From Burkholderiales bacterium (GTDB taxonomy: Bacteria; Pseudomonadota; Gammaproteobacteria; Burkholderiales; SG8-39), in the NCBI GenBank assembly GCA_035632815.1, contig DASQGB010000081.1, positions 1-30,676 of the forward strand: DNA of 30,676 nucleotides, read 5' to 3'. Under the pieces are notes generated by a model. It was not told the DNA's origin, made no database searches, and saw only the letters and a list, made by a program, of their open reading frames with translations. A program made the position numbers and the translations under genes. The number at the start of each line of letters is the position of its first letter. The stretch's first letter is position 1. Shown here piece by piece: positions 30,136-30,676 of the stretch.

Positions 30136-30344
30136 TGCAGCGCAAGCGTGTAAATTCTTCCAAGGTGCGCTCGGTCGGCTACGACGAGAAGACGCGCACC
30201 CTCGAGGTCGAGATGTCCAATGGGCAGGTGTTTCAATACGGCGGCGTCTATCCCGAGGTGTACCGCGCCTTCATGGCGGCGCCGAACCCGACCACGTTTT
30301 TCGACGACAAGATCGCCGACGACTACGCCGCGAAGCGCGTCTGA
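30135..30344 (+). CDS. KTSC domain protein
   Basis: VNSSKVRSVGYDE..RTLEVE..NG..FQY.GV...VY..FM.A; TGATG overlap. Confidence 0.9.
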   Translation: MQRKRVNSSKVRSVGYDEKTRTLEVEMSNGQVFQYGGVYPEVYRAFMAAPNPTTFFDDKIADDYAAKRV

Positions 30345-30379
30345 CGGCGTAAAATAGCAGGCAAGAAAAGGGAGGGACC

Positions 30380-30676
30380 ATGCGCGTTGCCGTGCTTGGT
30401 TTGCTGTTGATCGTGAATCCGGCATTTGCAGCCCCGGCCGCGCCATTGCGGGAAGTGAAGTCCGTGGAGGTGGTGAGTCTGCGCTCGATTGCCGGCTGGC
30501 TCAGGCAGCACGGTGCCAACGGCTACCTCGGCGCTGACGTCGCCGACGCCATGGGCATCGCGCGCAACGAGGACGGCAGCGCCCTTGAGGCGAAGCAGCG
30601 CGGCTTCCGCAACGACCAAGTGCTGCGCATCGCGCAGATCCTAGCCGACGACAAGCGCGACTACGTGTTGTTCATG
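30380..30676 (+). CDS. Secreted hypothetical protein (partial, runs off window)
   Basis: GGAGG SD, signal peptide MRVAVLGLLLIVNPAFA, open frame to the window end; TAAAAT at 30350-30355. Confidence 0.65.
   Translation, partial: MRVAVLGLLLIVNPAFAAPAAPLREVKSVEVVSLRSIAGWLRQHGANGYLGADVADAMGIARNEDGSALEAKQRGFRNDQVLRIAQILADDKRDYVLFM

Overview
High-GC chromosomal window, most likely from a betaproteobacterium (inferred from gene order and protein style). It is mostly housekeeping: an RpfG-like response regulator (partial), tRNA-Leu(CAA) divergent from queA-tgt-yajC-secD-secF, a fused membrane/spermidine-synthase-like gene, purB, a UDG-like gene, a GST, mnmA, a NudJ-like hydrolase, an aminotransferase, corA, glutamine-dependent nadE (frameshifted at a GC repeat), lolC/lolD, a HugZ-like gene, DUF429, a lipoprotein, a second GST, and a tightly coupled run of DEDDh/GIY-YIG nuclease, RpfE-type protein, recJ, methyltransferase, cyclophilin-like and KTSC genes. 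Accessory or unexplained parts: (i) a roughly 3 kb, more AT-rich patch (17103-20226) with two paralogous Cro-like small proteins, a wHTH-like protein and a PD-(D/E)xK-like protein, but no integrase; (ii) a DUF6516/HTH toxin-antitoxin-like pair whose toxin appears to lack the family's His motif; (iii) an AT-rich spacer with a perfect DnaA box between convergent genes; (iv) about ten genes with a -10 hexamer only 6-9 nt before the start codon and no SD, suggesting frequent leaderless mRNAs. No CRISPR, IS or prophage genes were seen. All family assignments come from motif recognition, not database searches.
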